A stretch of 64,000 nt of DNA from an uncultured Coriobacteriia bacterium (GCA_963726435.1 CAVSCJ010000007.1:129021-193020); one strand, 5' to 3'. Shown: positions 30,928 to 41,175, counted from the first letter of the stretch. A program made the numbers and translations. The notes: generated by a model from the letters alone, not told the origin.

Positions 30928-32331
30928 ATGGATACTTCCGCCGATCCGACGCCGGCACTCCCCGAGAAGGCACGCGCGCACCTCGACAACGTCGCGCGCA
31001 ACCTTCAGTTCGTGGCCGACCTCGGGTACGGGGACGTCGCGCTCGCCGTCCGGACCGGGCAAGGGGCGCTCGCCGTGGTGGCCGATGCGCGGCCGATGAC
31101 GGCCGTGGCCGCGGTGGCATCAAGCCGGGCGGGCACGGTCCTGTCCGAGAGCGACGAGCCCGAGGCGTACGAGGCGCTGGGATCGGGCGAGGTCGCCGCC
31201 GGGAAGCGAAGGCGCACCACGCGCGGCATGCAGTACGTGACCTCGGCGTACCCGGTGGGAAGCCCGGCCTTCGCGGTGGTCCTGCGCGACCTCACGCAGC
31301 AGGTGGTCGACGCCCCGGGGACCATGGAGCGGCAGTTCATGGCCCTTGCCGAGGACCTGATCGAGATGATGCGCAAGGGGCCGCTCTCCGAGGTGGAGAC
31401 CGGTCTGCCGTTCTCGACGACGCGCCGCGCGGGTGACGGCGTGATGCGCGTGGACGCCGAGGGCCTGATCGCCTACGCCAGCCCCAACGCCGTCAACATC
31501 CTGCGCCTCGCAGGGGTCGAGCGCCCGCTCACGGGCACGCGCGCGGTCGAGATCCCCGGAGGCGCCGAGGCTATCGGACCCGTGCTCTCCTCCGCGGGAG
31601 CCCTGCAGCGGGAGGTGTCGGTCTCCGGTCGCGTGCTGCTCTACCGGACGGTGGCTCTCAAGACCGGTGCCGCGGTCCTCGTGGAGGACATCACTGACGC
31701 TCGACGCCGCGACGCGGAGCTCAAGGTCAAGGAAGCCACCATCCGCGAGGTGCACCATCGCGTGAAGAACAACCTGCAGACGATCTCGTCTCTTCTGCGG
31801 ATCCAGTCGCGCCGCTCGGACTCGGACGAGACGAAGCGCTCGCTGGCCGAGGCGGTCGAGCGGGTCGGCTCGATGGCGGTCGTGCACGAGATGCTGTCGA
31901 CCTCCACCGATGAGACCGTGGACTTCGGCGAGGCGGCGCGCACAGTCGTCGACATGGTGTGCCAGGGGCTCGCGGGCCGTGCGGGCCAGATCGAGGTGGA
32001 GGTTTCCGGGACGCTGGGCAGCGTGCCGGCATCGGTCGCGACGTCGCTGGCACTGGTGACCGCCGAACTCGTCCACAACGCCATCGAGCACGGGATCGGC
32101 GAGCAGGGCTCCGGGCTCGTGACGGTGAAGATGCGCCGCCAGCCCGACGAGCTGCAGCTCTCGGTCCGCGACGACGGGCTCGGGCTGCCCGCCGGGTTCG
32201 ACCCTGCGTCGTCGGCGAACCTCGGGCTGGCCATCGTGCGCACCATCGTGGAGGACGATCTGCGTGGTACCCTCACGTTCCGCGGCGGTCGGGGCACGAC
32301 CGTCGCCATCAGCGTCCCTCTGGAGGAGTGA
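30928..32331 (+). CDS. pdtaS: PdtaS-like sensor histidine kinase (GAF/PAS + HisKA_2 + HATPase)
   Basis: H-box IREVHHRVKNNLQTISSLLRIQ. ATP-binding region LVTAELVHNAIEHG ... DDGLGLP ... LGLAIV. It is adjacent to an ANTAR response regulator. Confidence 0.8.
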   Translation: MDTSADPTPALPEKARAHLDNVARNLQFVADLGYGDVALAVRTGQGALAVVADARPMTAVAAVASSRAGTVLSESDEPEAYEALGSGEVAAGKRRRTTRGMQYVTSAYPVGSPAFAVVLRDLTQQVVDAPGTMERQFMALAEDLIEMMRKGPLSEVETGLPFSTTRRAGDGVMRVDAEGLIAYASPNAVNILRLAGVERPLTGTRAVEIPGGAEAIGPVLSSAGALQREVSVSGRVLLYRTVALKTGAAVLVEDITDARRRDAELKVKEATIREVHHRVKNNLQTISSLLRIQSRRSDSDETKRSLAEAVERVGSMAVVHEMLSTSTDETVDFGEAARTVVDMVCQGLAGRAGQIEVEVSGTLGSVPASVATSLALVTAELVHNAIEHGIGEQGSGLVTVKMRRQPDELQLSVRDDGLGLPAGFDPASSANLGLAIVRTIVEDDLRGTLTFRGGRGTTVAISVPLEE

Positions 32332-32342
32332 TCCCGCCGAAC

Positions 32343-32912
32343 ATGCGCGTGCTCATCGCCGAGGACGAAGCGCTCATCCGCATGGACATGCGGGAGATGC
32401 TCGTCGAAGAGGGTCACGAGGTCGTCGGCGAGGCGCGCGACGGCGCCGAGGCGATCGAGCTGGCGCGCGCCCTTGCGCCCGACGTCATCTTCATGGACGT
32501 GAAGATGCCGGGCATGGACGGCATCGAGGCCGCGCAGGTGATCGGCGCGGAGAAGATCGCGCCGGTGGTGATGGTGACCGCCTTCTCGCAGGCCAGGTAC
32601 GTGGAGGACGCATCCGCGGCCGGCGCGATGGGGTACCTGGTCAAGCCGTTCTCGAAGAAGGACATCCTTCCGGCGATGCAGGTCGCCGTGGCGCGGTTCG
32701 CGGAGGCACGCGCGCTCGAAGAAGAGGTCGCCGGCCTCGAGGACCGGCTCGAGACGCGCAAGGTCGTCGAGAGGGCAAAGGGTTTGCTGATGCTGCGGGG
32801 GATGACCGAACCCGAGGCGTTCGGCCGCCTGCAGAAGCTCGCGATGGACCGCCGCAAGACTCTTCGCGAGGTGGCCGAAGCCGTCCTGCTCGCGTCCGAG
32901 GCGCAGGAGTAG
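32343..32912 (+). CDS. pdtaR: ANTAR-domain response regulator (PdtaR-like)
   Basis: REC domain MRVLIAEDEALIRMDM...DVIFMDVKMPGMDG...GYLVKPF. ANTAR region LETRKVVERAKGLLM...EAFGRLQKLAMDRRKTLREVAE. Confidence 0.88.
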   Translation: MRVLIAEDEALIRMDMREMLVEEGHEVVGEARDGAEAIELARALAPDVIFMDVKMPGMDGIEAAQVIGAEKIAPVVMVTAFSQARYVEDASAAGAMGYLVKPFSKKDILPAMQVAVARFAEARALEEEVAGLEDRLETRKVVERAKGLLMLRGMTEPEAFGRLQKLAMDRRKTLREVAEAVLLASEAQE

Positions 32913-32931
32913 GACGACCGAAAGGACCACC

Positions 32932-33582
32932 GTGCTCGACCGGCTCGACTCCGTCTCCGACCGCGCCGCCTACCTGATCGCCGCTCTCGGCCTGGGTGTC
33001 TCGCTCGTGGCCGCGTTCATGGCGCCGCAGGAAGCGCAACTGGGCGCGTGGGTGCGCCTCGTCATCTGGCACGGCATGCTCAAGTGGGCCTGCATCGTCG
33101 GCATCTTCGGGATGGGCGCGATCGCGGTGGCGTACCTCGCGACCGGTCGCGATCGCCTCTACGAGTGGGCGCGGGCGCTGCAGGTCGCGCTGCTGCCGCT
33201 GTGGGTGCTCGCGGTGCTGATCGGCGCGGTTGCCGCGCGCCTCGTGTGGAACTCCTGGAACCTGACCGAGCGGCGCATGATCATGAGCATCGCGTACACG
33301 ATCGTGGCCGCGATCGCGCTGATGCTCGCGCTGTTCTGGGACAAGCGCCGCGTGGGAGCTGTCGGGCAGGTCGTGACCGCTCTCGCGATGGCGATCGGCC
33401 TGGCTTGGATCGAGCTGGGCCCTGCAGGTGACGACGTGCACCCCGCGTCCGCCGTGCTGTCGTCGCCCGACATCGCGTTCAAGGTCTACGCGGCAGTGAT
33501 GATGGCCGGCTGCCTGCTCACCGTGCTGGCGCTCGCTGTGCCGGTGCGGCGATGGCTCAAGCACGCCGAGGCCGGCGCCTAG
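32932..33582 (+). CDS. Polytopic membrane protein, unknown function
   Basis: GTG 32932. Six hydrophobic segments. No motif recognised. Confidence 0.5.
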   Translation: MLDRLDSVSDRAAYLIAALGLGVSLVAAFMAPQEAQLGAWVRLVIWHGMLKWACIVGIFGMGAIAVAYLATGRDRLYEWARALQVALLPLWVLAVLIGAVAARLVWNSWNLTERRMIMSIAYTIVAAIALMLALFWDKRRVGAVGQVVTALAMAIGLAWIELGPAGDDVHPASAVLSSPDIAFKVYAAVMMAGCLLTVLALAVPVRRWLKHAEAGA

Positions 33583-33984
33583 CCACCCTGGCGGGAACGC
33601 AGGTACTCGCCCGGCAGCGCGATCCGGACCCCGTCGATCGTGCGTCCGAGGCACCCGCTGAAGTGGGTCAGATCACCTGTGAGCAGGTAGTCCGCCTTGC
33701 AGACGATGGCCGCCAGCAACACCGGACGGTCCTTCGCCGGCAGTCCGGTGTCGTCGGGCAGCTCGAAGTCGGCCGGCTCGGCCGGCAGCAGCGCGAGGTC
33801 GGCGACCAGGGTCTCGAGTCGTGCCGCGGCGGTCGGGTCGGACACGTTGCGCCGAGCCTCGGCCACCACGTACGGGGACCCGAGGAGGCGGACTGCCGTC
33901 GAGGCGCCACAGCCCGGCGAGCAGAGAATCGGGCTTCAGGGCCGCCGATACCAGTACGTTCGCGTCGAGGAACAGGCGGTCCAT
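33579..33984 (-). CDS. PIN-domain toxin (VapC-like), frameshifted
   Basis: N-terminus MDRLFLDANVLVSA (ORF 33673..33984). It continues in the +1 frame as VRLLGSPYVVAEARRNV...DRPVLLAAIVCKADYLLTGD (ORF 33579..33869). The shift is near 33890-33900. Confidence 0.7.
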
Positions 33985-34278
33985 CTAGGCGAGGGGCCTG
34001 GTTTGATGGGGGATCGCGTCCGGGTCCAGTCCCATGGCGCGCACTTCGACGAGTGCGGCGTCGAACTCGGCGGCATCCACGGCGTTGTTCAGCATGAACT
34101 CGGCCGAGCGCTCCGGGGTGTAGACCTCCAGCTCGTAGGCGCGCAGCGGCTTGAGCAGGAGGCCCTGAGCGGAATCCTCCATAACGAGCATGTCGCCCTC
34201 TTCGAAACCGTAGCGGCGTCGAGCTTCCGCTGGGATGACGAGCGTCCCCCGCTTGCCGACGCGCACGTATTCGGCCAT
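33985..34278 (-). CDS. AbrB/SpoVT-fold antitoxin
   Basis: RBS GGAGG. MAEYVRVGKRGTLVIPAEARRRYGFEEGDMLVME. Its stop abuts the PIN gene start. Confidence 0.75.
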   Translation of the reverse strand: MAEYVRVGKRGTLVIPAEARRRYGFEEGDMLVMEDSAQGLLLKPLRAYELEVYTPERSAEFMLNNAVDAAEFDAALVEVRAMGLDPDAIPHQTRPLA

Positions 34279-34405
34279 GCCGATCACCTCCGATGTCGTT
34301 CTCAGTATATCAGAATGTCTGACATACCGACGCATCGAGAAGGGTGCGGCAGGCGCCAACCAGCTGGAGCATGCGAGCGAGCGGCGTCTAGCTCCCCGCA
34401 GGCCC

Positions 34406-34804
34406 TTACGGCCTCCGCCGCGACCCGAACAGGTTCCCGGCCACGATTCCCGCGCCGATCACGATCAGGATGGCGGGCCACCACATGTCCCACGACAGGT
34501 TGAAGAAGAGGATCGTGGCGACGACCGTGAGGACCAGCCCCCAGATGAGCGACCCGGTGGCGGACGGTCCGAACCTCCCCGCAGCGCGGTAGGCGCGCCA
34601 GACGTTCGCGAAGCACGCGACCGCGGCCAGGTAGATGAACAGCGCCCACCAGTTCTCCGTGAGGACGAAGTAGCCGGCCCGCTCGGCCAGGAACGCGACG
34701 CCGAGCACGATCAGGACCACGCCGGCTATCCAGTTCGAGCCCCGCCGGTCGTGCCGCGGCCACTGAGTGGGAGTGCCGCTCGGATCCGGTGTCATGTCAC
34801 TCAT
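34406..34804 (-). CDS. Small four-TM membrane protein
   Basis: An ORF with four clear hydrophobic segments. No family recognised. Confidence 0.5.
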   Translation of the reverse strand: MSDMTPDPSGTPTQWPRHDRRGSNWIAGVVLIVLGVAFLAERAGYFVLTENWWALFIYLAAVACFANVWRAYRAAGRFGPSATGSLIWGLVLTVVATILFFNLSWDMWWPAILIVIGAGIVAGNLFGSRRRP

Positions 34805-34836
34805 CGATCCTCCTAACGTTGTACCTTACGGATAGC

Positions 34837-36294
34837 CTACAGCAGGTTCGACGCGAGCCGGGCCGCGGAGTTGCGGAAGCGCCTGAATCGGCTCCACGAA
34901 GCGATGTCCTCGAGCGTCACCTCGACGCACTTCGCCAGGTCGGCGTCGAAGATCTCCTCCTGGCGGCGCGCCACGCTCTCGTCGTAGATCCACACCATGA
35001 GCTCCTGATTGAGCCGCAGGCTCCGGATGTCGAGGTTCATCGTCCCGACGGCGCTGACCTGCCCGTCGACGGTGATCGACTTGGCGTGCAGGAACCCGGC
35101 CATGTACAGGTAGACGTGGCCTCCCGCCCTCAGCACCGGCTCCCAGTACGACTGCGCGGCGTGGAAGGCGAGCTTCTTGTCCGGCACGCCGGTCATCATG
35201 AAGCGCACCTCCACGCCGGAGAGCGCCGAGTTGATGAAGGCGTCGAGCATCGTCGGGTCGGGCACCCAGTACGGCGACTGGATGGAGACGCGCTCGTGGG
35301 CGCCGGTGATCGCGATCTCGTGGGCCCGCGTCGACGAGGACCAGAACTCCTCGACGCCCTGCGCGACCACCTGGGTCATGATCGGCGCCTCGACGACCGG
35401 GGTGTCGGCCGGCGGGAAGTACCTCTCGTCGAACAGGTTCTCCCGGTACACCTCGTACCAGCGCTCGGCGAACAGCTTCTGCAGCTCGGCCACGGCCGGG
35501 CCCGTGAACCGCACACCGGTGTCGCGCCAGCTCGCGAACTTCGAGCCCCCGTCGATGTACTCCTGACCGATGTTGACGCCGCCGCTGTGGCCGATCACGC
35601 CGTCGATCACGGTGATCTTGCGATGGTCCCGGTAGTTGAGCTTGCGCACCTGCGTCACGTCCGAGCCGACATGCGCGCCGGCCGCCTTCAGCGCCCTCAG
35701 CTGGTCCTTGCCGTAGCTGAGGCTGCCCAGGAAGTCGTCGAGGATGCGCACCTCGACGCCGGCACGGACCCGCTCCTCGAGCGCGGCGCAGATCTTGGTG
35801 GTCAGCTCGTCTCGCTCCCAGACGTAGTACTGCATGTGGATGAAGCGCTTCGCCTTCGAGATGTCGTCGATCAGATGCGGGAAGTACTCCGCGCCGTCGG
35901 GCCAGATCTCGAGGTCGTTGGCGGGCAGCGGCACGTTGCCGCGCTCCCGGGAGACGGCGCGGATCAGGCGCTCGACCGACGTGCCGCGGTACTGCGCGGC
36001 GATCGCGTCCGAGTAGCGCGCGGTATCGGGCGTAGATCGGCTCCATGAACGGCTCGCGGAGTCGCGCGGAGGTCCTTGACCCAGCGCTGCCGCGGGTGGA
36101 TCCGCTTCCAGTCCCTGCCCGCGAAGAAGTAGATGAGAAGGCCCACGCCCGGCAGGGCCACGAGGATGATCAGCCACAGCAACGTGACCGTGGGCTCGCG
36201 GTCCATGCCCACGATCGTCACCACGACCGCGACCCAGTAGAGGACCAGGAGCACAGGCGCCCAGCCAGTAGTAGTGCGCGATCGACTGCGCCAC
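34837..36294 (-). CDS. cls: Cardiolipin synthase (PLD superfamily, two HKD motifs); three +1 frameshifts in the first about 290 nt
   Basis: HKD motifs YRDHRKITVIDG and FLHAKSITVDG. The N-terminal TM region LLWLIILVALPGVGLLIYFFAGRDW is in a second frame (ORF 35964..36971). EPFMEPIYARY is in a third frame (ORF 34826..36046). Shifts lie near 36255-36265, 36055-36075 and 36010-36035. Confidence 0.8.
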   Translation of the reverse strand: MAQSIAHYYWLGACAPGPLLGRGRGDDRGHGPRAHGHVAVADHPRGPAGRGPSHLLLRGQGLEADPPAAALGQGPPRDSASRSWSRSTPDTARYSDAIAAQYRGTSVERLIRAVSRERGNVPLPANDLEIWPDGAEYFPHLIDDISKAKRFIHMQYYVWERDELTTKICAALEERVRAGVEVRILDDFLGSLSYGKDQLRALKAAGAHVGSDVTQVRKLNYRDHRKITVIDGVIGHSGGVNIGQEYIDGGSKFASWRDTGVRFTGPAVAELQKLFAERWYEVYRENLFDERYFPPADTPVVEAPIMTQVVAQGVEEFWSSSTRAHEIAITGAHERVSIQSPYWVPDPTMLDAFINSALSGVEVRFMMTGVPDKKLAFHAAQSYWEPVLRAGGHVYLYMAGFLHAKSITVDGQVSAVGTMNLDIRSLRLNQELMVWIYDESVARRQEEIFDADLAKCVEVTLEDIASWSRFRRFRNSAARLASNLL

Positions 36295-36325
36295 GTGCCC
36301 CCCTTGTGAGTCGCGGTGCCTCGGG

Positions 36326-36643
36326 CTAGCTCGCGTACCGCCGCTGATACTCGCGGCCGCTGCCTCCGTGGGTGCCGAGGTCGAACAGCAGGGCGATGAC
36401 GAGGATCACCCAGTCGAGTGTGGTGAGCCCGCCGGGAGAGAGGAACACGTAGGCTATCGTCGTCCACGGCAGCACCAGGAAGCCGGCCAACGGCCAGACC
36501 CACACCGGGAACGTGATGGTGCCCAGAGTCGTCGCCCAACCGGTGAACGCGGTGAGGATGCGCACGGGGTCGTAGAACCACCACACGAGCAGCGCGATGC
36601 GAGGTGCGCCTGCCAGCAGCAGGACTCCCAGACAGCAGCCCAT
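36326..36643 (-). CDS. Small membrane protein
   Basis: 105-aa ORF with three hydrophobic segments. Confidence 0.45.
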   Translation of the reverse strand: MGCCLGVLLLAGAPRIALLVWWFYDPVRILTAFTGWATTLGTITFPVWVWPLAGFLVLPWTTIAYVFLSPGGLTTLDWVILVIALLFDLGTHGGSGREYQRRYAS

Positions 36644-36755
36644 CGAAATGCCCCTTCCGCCCCGAGTGATCTCCGTCGGTACTGCTTTCCCGGAGGGCGG
36701 TGCGAGGAATCAGGGCAAGAACTGAAGCGAACACCGTCGATGGAGACTCACGCCG

Positions 36756-37514
36756 ATGGATGCTTTCGTCGTCACGTTCCGCGAGGGGATCGAAGCTGTC
36801 CTCGTGATCGGCATCACGGTCGCATTCCTCCGGAAGTCGGGGAGGGGCGAGCTGGTCAAGCTGGTCTTCTTCGGCGCGGGGGCGGCGATCGCCTTCAGCG
36901 CCGCAGCCGCGCTGGCGCTCCAGTCGGTGGGCGTCACCGCGGACAACCCCGTGCCAGAAGGCATCCTCCACCTCCTGGCGGCCGTCGCGGTACTCACCAT
37001 GGTGGTCTGGATGCTTAGGACCGGGCGGCGGATGAGAGAGGGAATCGAGTCGCGCGTGGGAGGGATGCTCGGCAAGGAACGCAGCGCGTGGGCGATCGGT
37101 CTGGGCCTGTTCGCGCTCGCCTTCTTCGTCGTCGCACGGGAGGGCGTGGAGGTGATCCTGTTCCTGGCCGCGCTCGCCATCGGCCGGGCGTCGAACACGC
37201 TCCTGCTGCTCGGCGCCCTCGCGGGACTCGCGTTCGCGCTCGGATACGGCTTCCTGTTCCTGCGCGGGAGCGCGCGGATCGACCTTCGACTGTTCTTCAC
37301 GCTCACGGCCGGCGTGCTGATCCTGCTATCGCTGCAGCTGCTGGGCGGGAGCATCCACGAGTTCGAGGAGGCGGGGCTCATCCCGATGAGCCCGACGATG
37401 GCGGGCATCTTCGACTGGATCGCCACGAACACCGTTATCGACTGGCTGTTCCTCGCGGGGCTCACGGTCCCGCTTCTGGCGCCGTGGCTGAGGCGGCCCC
37501 AGAAGGCGTCCTAG
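36756..37514 (+). CDS. FTR1/EfeU-family iron permease
   Basis: Two REGxE motifs in TM helices (FREGIEAVLV, AREGVEVILF). Confidence 0.8.
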   Translation: MDAFVVTFREGIEAVLVIGITVAFLRKSGRGELVKLVFFGAGAAIAFSAAAALALQSVGVTADNPVPEGILHLLAAVAVLTMVVWMLRTGRRMREGIESRVGGMLGKERSAWAIGLGLFALAFFVVAREGVEVILFLAALAIGRASNTLLLLGALAGLAFALGYGFLFLRGSARIDLRLFFTLTAGVLILLSLQLLGGSIHEFEEAGLIPMSPTMAGIFDWIATNTVIDWLFLAGLTVPLLAPWLRRPQKAS

Positions 37515-37580
37515 TTCGACGCGAACCCCCGCGAATCGTAGGCTAGTCTGCGCAACGGACGATCCACTGGAGGGGGAGAC

Positions 37581-38159
37581 GTGACGCTCCAAGAGGCGCA
37601 GCGGGACATGCGGTTCGGCATGATGGGCGGGTTCATGGGGCAGCTGGTCTCAGGCGTCCTGTGGCTGGCCTCGGCGGCGCTCGCGACCTGGAGCACGCCT
37701 GCCAACGCGATCACACTGCTGGTGGTGGCCGGCATCTTCATCTTCCCGCTGACGAAGCTGGGGCTGAAGGCGATCGGGCACCGGTTCTCGGTGTCGAAGG
37801 GCAATCCCCTCAACGAACTGGGGATGCAGGCCGCGTTCGTGCTCCCGCTGTGCCTTCCGCTGGTGGGCGCCGCCGCGCTCTACCGGCTCGAATGGTTCTA
37901 CCCGGCGTTCATGATCGTGCTGGGCGCCCACTACCTGCCGTTCGTGACCCTCTACGGGATGCGCATGTTCTACGCGCTCGGAGCGGTGCTGTTCTCAGCC
38001 GGCGTGATGCTCGGGCTGTACGTGCGCCTGCCGTTCGCGGCGGGCGCTTGGTTCACAGCCGCCGTGTTGTTGGCATTCGCCGTCTTCGGAGGGTGGCTGG
38101 TGCATCGCGAGGCGGGTGCACCCGAGGCGAGCGCGATGCCGCCCGAGGCGTGGTCGTGA
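37581..38159 (+). CDS. Polytopic membrane protein, unknown function
   Basis: GTG 37581. Six hydrophobic segments. Confidence 0.45.
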   Translation: MTLQEAQRDMRFGMMGGFMGQLVSGVLWLASAALATWSTPANAITLLVVAGIFIFPLTKLGLKAIGHRFSVSKGNPLNELGMQAAFVLPLCLPLVGAAALYRLEWFYPAFMIVLGAHYLPFVTLYGMRMFYALGAVLFSAGVMLGLYVRLPFAAGAWFTAAVLLAFAVFGGWLVHREAGAPEASAMPPEAWS

Positions 38160-38788
38160 CGCTGCCAGCCGCGTTTCTGCGGGCGCTCGGGTTCGGGCTG
38201 CTCGTCGCCATGCCGGTGGGCGCGATGTCGCTTCGGTGCATCGAGCGCACGCTCGCGCGCGGGCGCGCGAGCGGGTACGCGACCGGAGCGGGGATCGCGA
38301 CCGCGGACACCTTCTACGCGTCGCTCGCCGCGTTCGGGCTGACCGCGCTCACCGGAGCGCTCACGGGCGCGGTGGGATGGGTGAGACTGCTTGGCGGCGC
38401 GTTCCTCGTGTACCTAGGCGTCCGGTCGATGCTGACGAAGGCCCGGCGATGCTCCGAGGAGGGTGGGGCGGCGCCGCTGCTCGGCGTGTACGGCTCCGCG
38501 CTCGGTCTCACGCTCGCGAACCCGCAGACGATCCTCACCTTCGCCGCCATCTTCGCGGGCGCAGGTCTGGCCGTATCGGGCGGTGGCTGGGGGATCCCGG
38601 CGGCCGCGGTGGCCGGGGTGTTCTGCGGCTCGATGGGCTGGTGGCTCGTCATCGTAACGCTGGTCGGCGGCGTGCGAGAGCGCGTCGGGGAGCGAGCGCT
38701 CACGTGGGTGACGCGGGTGTCGGGCGCCGCGATCGCCCTGTTCGGGGTGCTCGCGATGTGGGCGGGGATCGCGACGCTGGCAGGGTAG
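38156..38788 (+). CDS. LysE/RhtB-family amino-acid exporter
   Basis: GTG 38156 overlaps the upstream stop. FGLLVAMPVGAMSLRCI, ANPQTILTFAAIF. Confidence 0.7.
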   Translation: MTLPAAFLRALGFGLLVAMPVGAMSLRCIERTLARGRASGYATGAGIATADTFYASLAAFGLTALTGALTGAVGWVRLLGGAFLVYLGVRSMLTKARRCSEEGGAAPLLGVYGSALGLTLANPQTILTFAAIFAGAGLAVSGGGWGIPAAAVAGVFCGSMGWWLVIVTLVGGVRERVGERALTWVTRVSGAAIALFGVLAMWAGIATLAG

Positions 38789-38880
38789 AGGCGAGTGGGC
38801 GGGTGGACTCCAGACGCTGGTGACGGACTGTTAAGCGTACGGTAAGATGTAAGCCGTAGCGTCTTTCTCAGGAGGTCACC

Positions 38881-39162
38881 ATGGCAGCGTTTCGCCCCTC
38901 AACCGACGTACTTCCCGTGACGGAGTTCCGGGCAAACACGTCTTCGATGCTGACACGACTCCAAGCGACCAAGCGCCCCGTTGTGCTCACGCAGCACGGG
39001 CGGGGGGCCGCAGTGGTCATGGACGTGAGCGTCTACGAGGACATGCTCGACGAGATCGCCATCCTGAGGGACATCCGCGTCGCCGAGGATCAGATCGACC
39101 GCGGCGAGGTCATCCCGCATGAAGAAGCCGTGGCGCGGCTGAAGGCAAAGCTGATCAAGTGA
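38881..39162 (+). CDS. Phd/YefM-family antitoxin
   Basis: VLPVTEFRANTSSMLTRLQATKRPVVLTQHGRGAAVVMDVSVYE. RBS AGGAGG. Confidence 0.85.
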   Translation: MAAFRPSTDVLPVTEFRANTSSMLTRLQATKRPVVLTQHGRGAAVVMDVSVYEDMLDEIAILRDIRVAEDQIDRGEVIPHEEAVARLKAKLIK

Positions 39163-39455
39163 ACGTTGTCTGGACCGCGCTGGCGGAGGACCAGGTTGCA
39201 GATGCCTTCGCCTACATCGCGGCGGAACGTCCGTCTGCGGCCGTGAAGTGGTTCGAACGGCTCGTGGAGAGCGTCGGCTCACTCTCTCTGCTGCCGGATC
39301 AGGGTCGCATGGTCCCTGAGGCCGATCGCGAGTCGATCCGAGCGGTGCTCGTGCAGCCGTACAGGGTCGTCTACCGTTGCGACGACGGCGCGGTCGTCAT
39401 CCTCACGGTGCAGCACGAGCGGCGCGACTTGGATCTGTCGGAGGCTGACGCCTGA
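39159..39455 (+). CDS. ParE/RelE-family toxin
   Basis: 4-nt overlap with the antitoxin gene. The pattern is ParE-like: 'A..D......YIA...P.AA..W...L......L...P..G...PE' and 'YRVVYR'. Confidence 0.8.
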   Translation: MNVVWTALAEDQVADAFAYIAAERPSAAVKWFERLVESVGSLSLLPDQGRMVPEADRESIRAVLVQPYRVVYRCDDGAVVILTVQHERRDLDLSEADA

Positions 39456-39484
39456 AGTGGTTCGACCAAGCAGCAGGGGGAAAC

Positions 39485-40300
39485 GTGGACACACACAAGG
39501 TTCGACTCACCGAGGAGAAGGAGACCCTTCTCGTCCCGCTCCTGGGCAAGGCCTTGGAGAGCAAGCAGCCTCATCCGATCATCGTCGACCCCAAGGCCGA
39601 GGAGATCCTCGAGAACATCGATTACGACTTCAGGCAACTGAACGCTCCGAGGAAGACCCTCGTCATGCTCGCGATGCGAGCGAAGCAGCTCGATTCCTAC
39701 ACGCGGGACTACCTGAAGCGCAGTGACGATCCCGTGGTGCTGCACCTGGGATGTGGCCTCGACAGTCGCGTGCTTCGCGTCGGGTTCGACAGGGGCGCGT
39801 GGTACGACGTCGACTACCCCGATGTCATCGAATTGCGTCGGCAGTTCTACACCGAGACGGAGTCCTATCACATGATCGCGTCATCGGTGACGGAGCGAGG
39901 CTGGCTCGACCAGGTGGCACAGCCCGACGGCCCCGGCTTCATCGTGGCAGAGGGACTGCTCATGTACTTGCACGAAGACGAGGTGAAGCGGCTCTTCCTC
40001 GATCTGCAGAGCCGTCTGCCCGGCAGCGAGATCGTCTTCGATGCGTTCAGCACCTTGACCGCCAAGGGCGCGAATCGTCATCCGTCCATCAAGAAGACGG
40101 GGGCGCACATCTACTGGGGGATCGACGATGCGCGGCAGATCGAGCAGTGGAGCCCCGGGATCAAGCTTCTCGAAGAGTGGTTCTTCACCGACTCGGAGGA
40201 CATCCCTGCGCTCGGATTGGGAGATCGCCTCATGTTCAACGTCATGGGGACGTTGCGCATGGCGAAGCAGGCCCATCGCGTTCTTCGCTTTCGCCTGTAG
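39485..40300 (+). CDS. Class I SAM-dependent (Leu carboxyl/TcmP-like) methyltransferase
   Basis: VVLHLGCGLDSR, AEGLLMYL. 271 aa. Confidence 0.7.
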   Translation: MDTHKVRLTEEKETLLVPLLGKALESKQPHPIIVDPKAEEILENIDYDFRQLNAPRKTLVMLAMRAKQLDSYTRDYLKRSDDPVVLHLGCGLDSRVLRVGFDRGAWYDVDYPDVIELRRQFYTETESYHMIASSVTERGWLDQVAQPDGPGFIVAEGLLMYLHEDEVKRLFLDLQSRLPGSEIVFDAFSTLTAKGANRHPSIKKTGAHIYWGIDDARQIEQWSPGIKLLEEWFFTDSEDIPALGLGDRLMFNVMGTLRMAKQAHRVLRFRL

Positions 40301-40664
40301 CGGGTGCGCTTGCGGCTGAGGCGCTGACAAGCGGATCGAGCAGACTCCCTTGGCTCGCAACTGGAACCGGATCGGGGAGGAATCCAGTTTCCAGCCTAGA
40401 ATATGCAGCGGGGGTGGAGACATGTCCCAGCGCGATCGAGGAGGGAGGCGTCGCGGGACCCGGGATCCGTCGACGGTCGACAACCTGGAGGCGCTCGATG
40501 ACGCGGTGCGCTTCGGGGCCTGGAGTCGGTGCTGCGGCTCACGACGCGAAGTCTCCTGGGACGGAGGAGCGTGGGACGAGCTGTCGGCAAGCTCTCGCAC
40601 CGGTTCCTTCGTGGTCAATCGGGATCTGGTGCGTGTGCGATCTGGTGGAGCGACCCGGTGGCGG

Positions 40665-41175
40665 ATGTCGGCGAGCATCATCCCGATCGGCAAGGACCTG
40701 TTGGGCGCATTGACCGTGCCGTCGGTAGCCCTGGGGGCGTTCGGGCCCGCGGTGGGAGCGTTCTACTGTCTGCGGACATTGCGCGGCAAGGGCGCCATCC
40801 GACAGTACCTGCGCGGCCTGCTCGACCTTCGCTTCGGCTGGTGGGGCTGGTTCGCGCCTCCGCTGGTGCTCGGCGGGACAACTTGGCTTGCGTGGATACT
40901 GCCGGAGCTATGGGGGGAACCGCGCCTGCCGATGCTCCTGCCCTCGGTGTGGGTCTTCCTGCCAGTCCTGCTGCTCATGGTCTTTGTTGGTGGCGGGCAG
41001 GAGGAGCTGGGTTGGCGAGGCTACATCCTGGACCCGCTCGAGGAGCGACTGGGGCCCTGGCTGGGCAACATCGTGCTCGGGGTGGTCTGGTCCGTGTGGC
41101 ATCTGCCGCTGTTCTTCGTACAGGGAACCACTCAGAGGTTCATGCCGTTCCTCGGGTTCACGCTGTATCTGACGA
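40665..41175 (+). pseudogene. CPBP (CAAX/Abi) intramembrane protease remnant
   Basis: GGGQEELGWRGYILDPL and VVWSVWHLPLFF are present, but the ORF then runs into unrelated sequence. The N-terminal region upstream is not coherent in any single frame. Confidence 0.55.

Noticed and set aside
40322-40400. GCGCTGAC-AAGCGGATCGAGCAGAC resembles the left half of the array's attC sites.
   Set aside because: There is no complementary right arm and no GTTRRRY core within 150 bp. It is at best a relic and is not counted as an attC.
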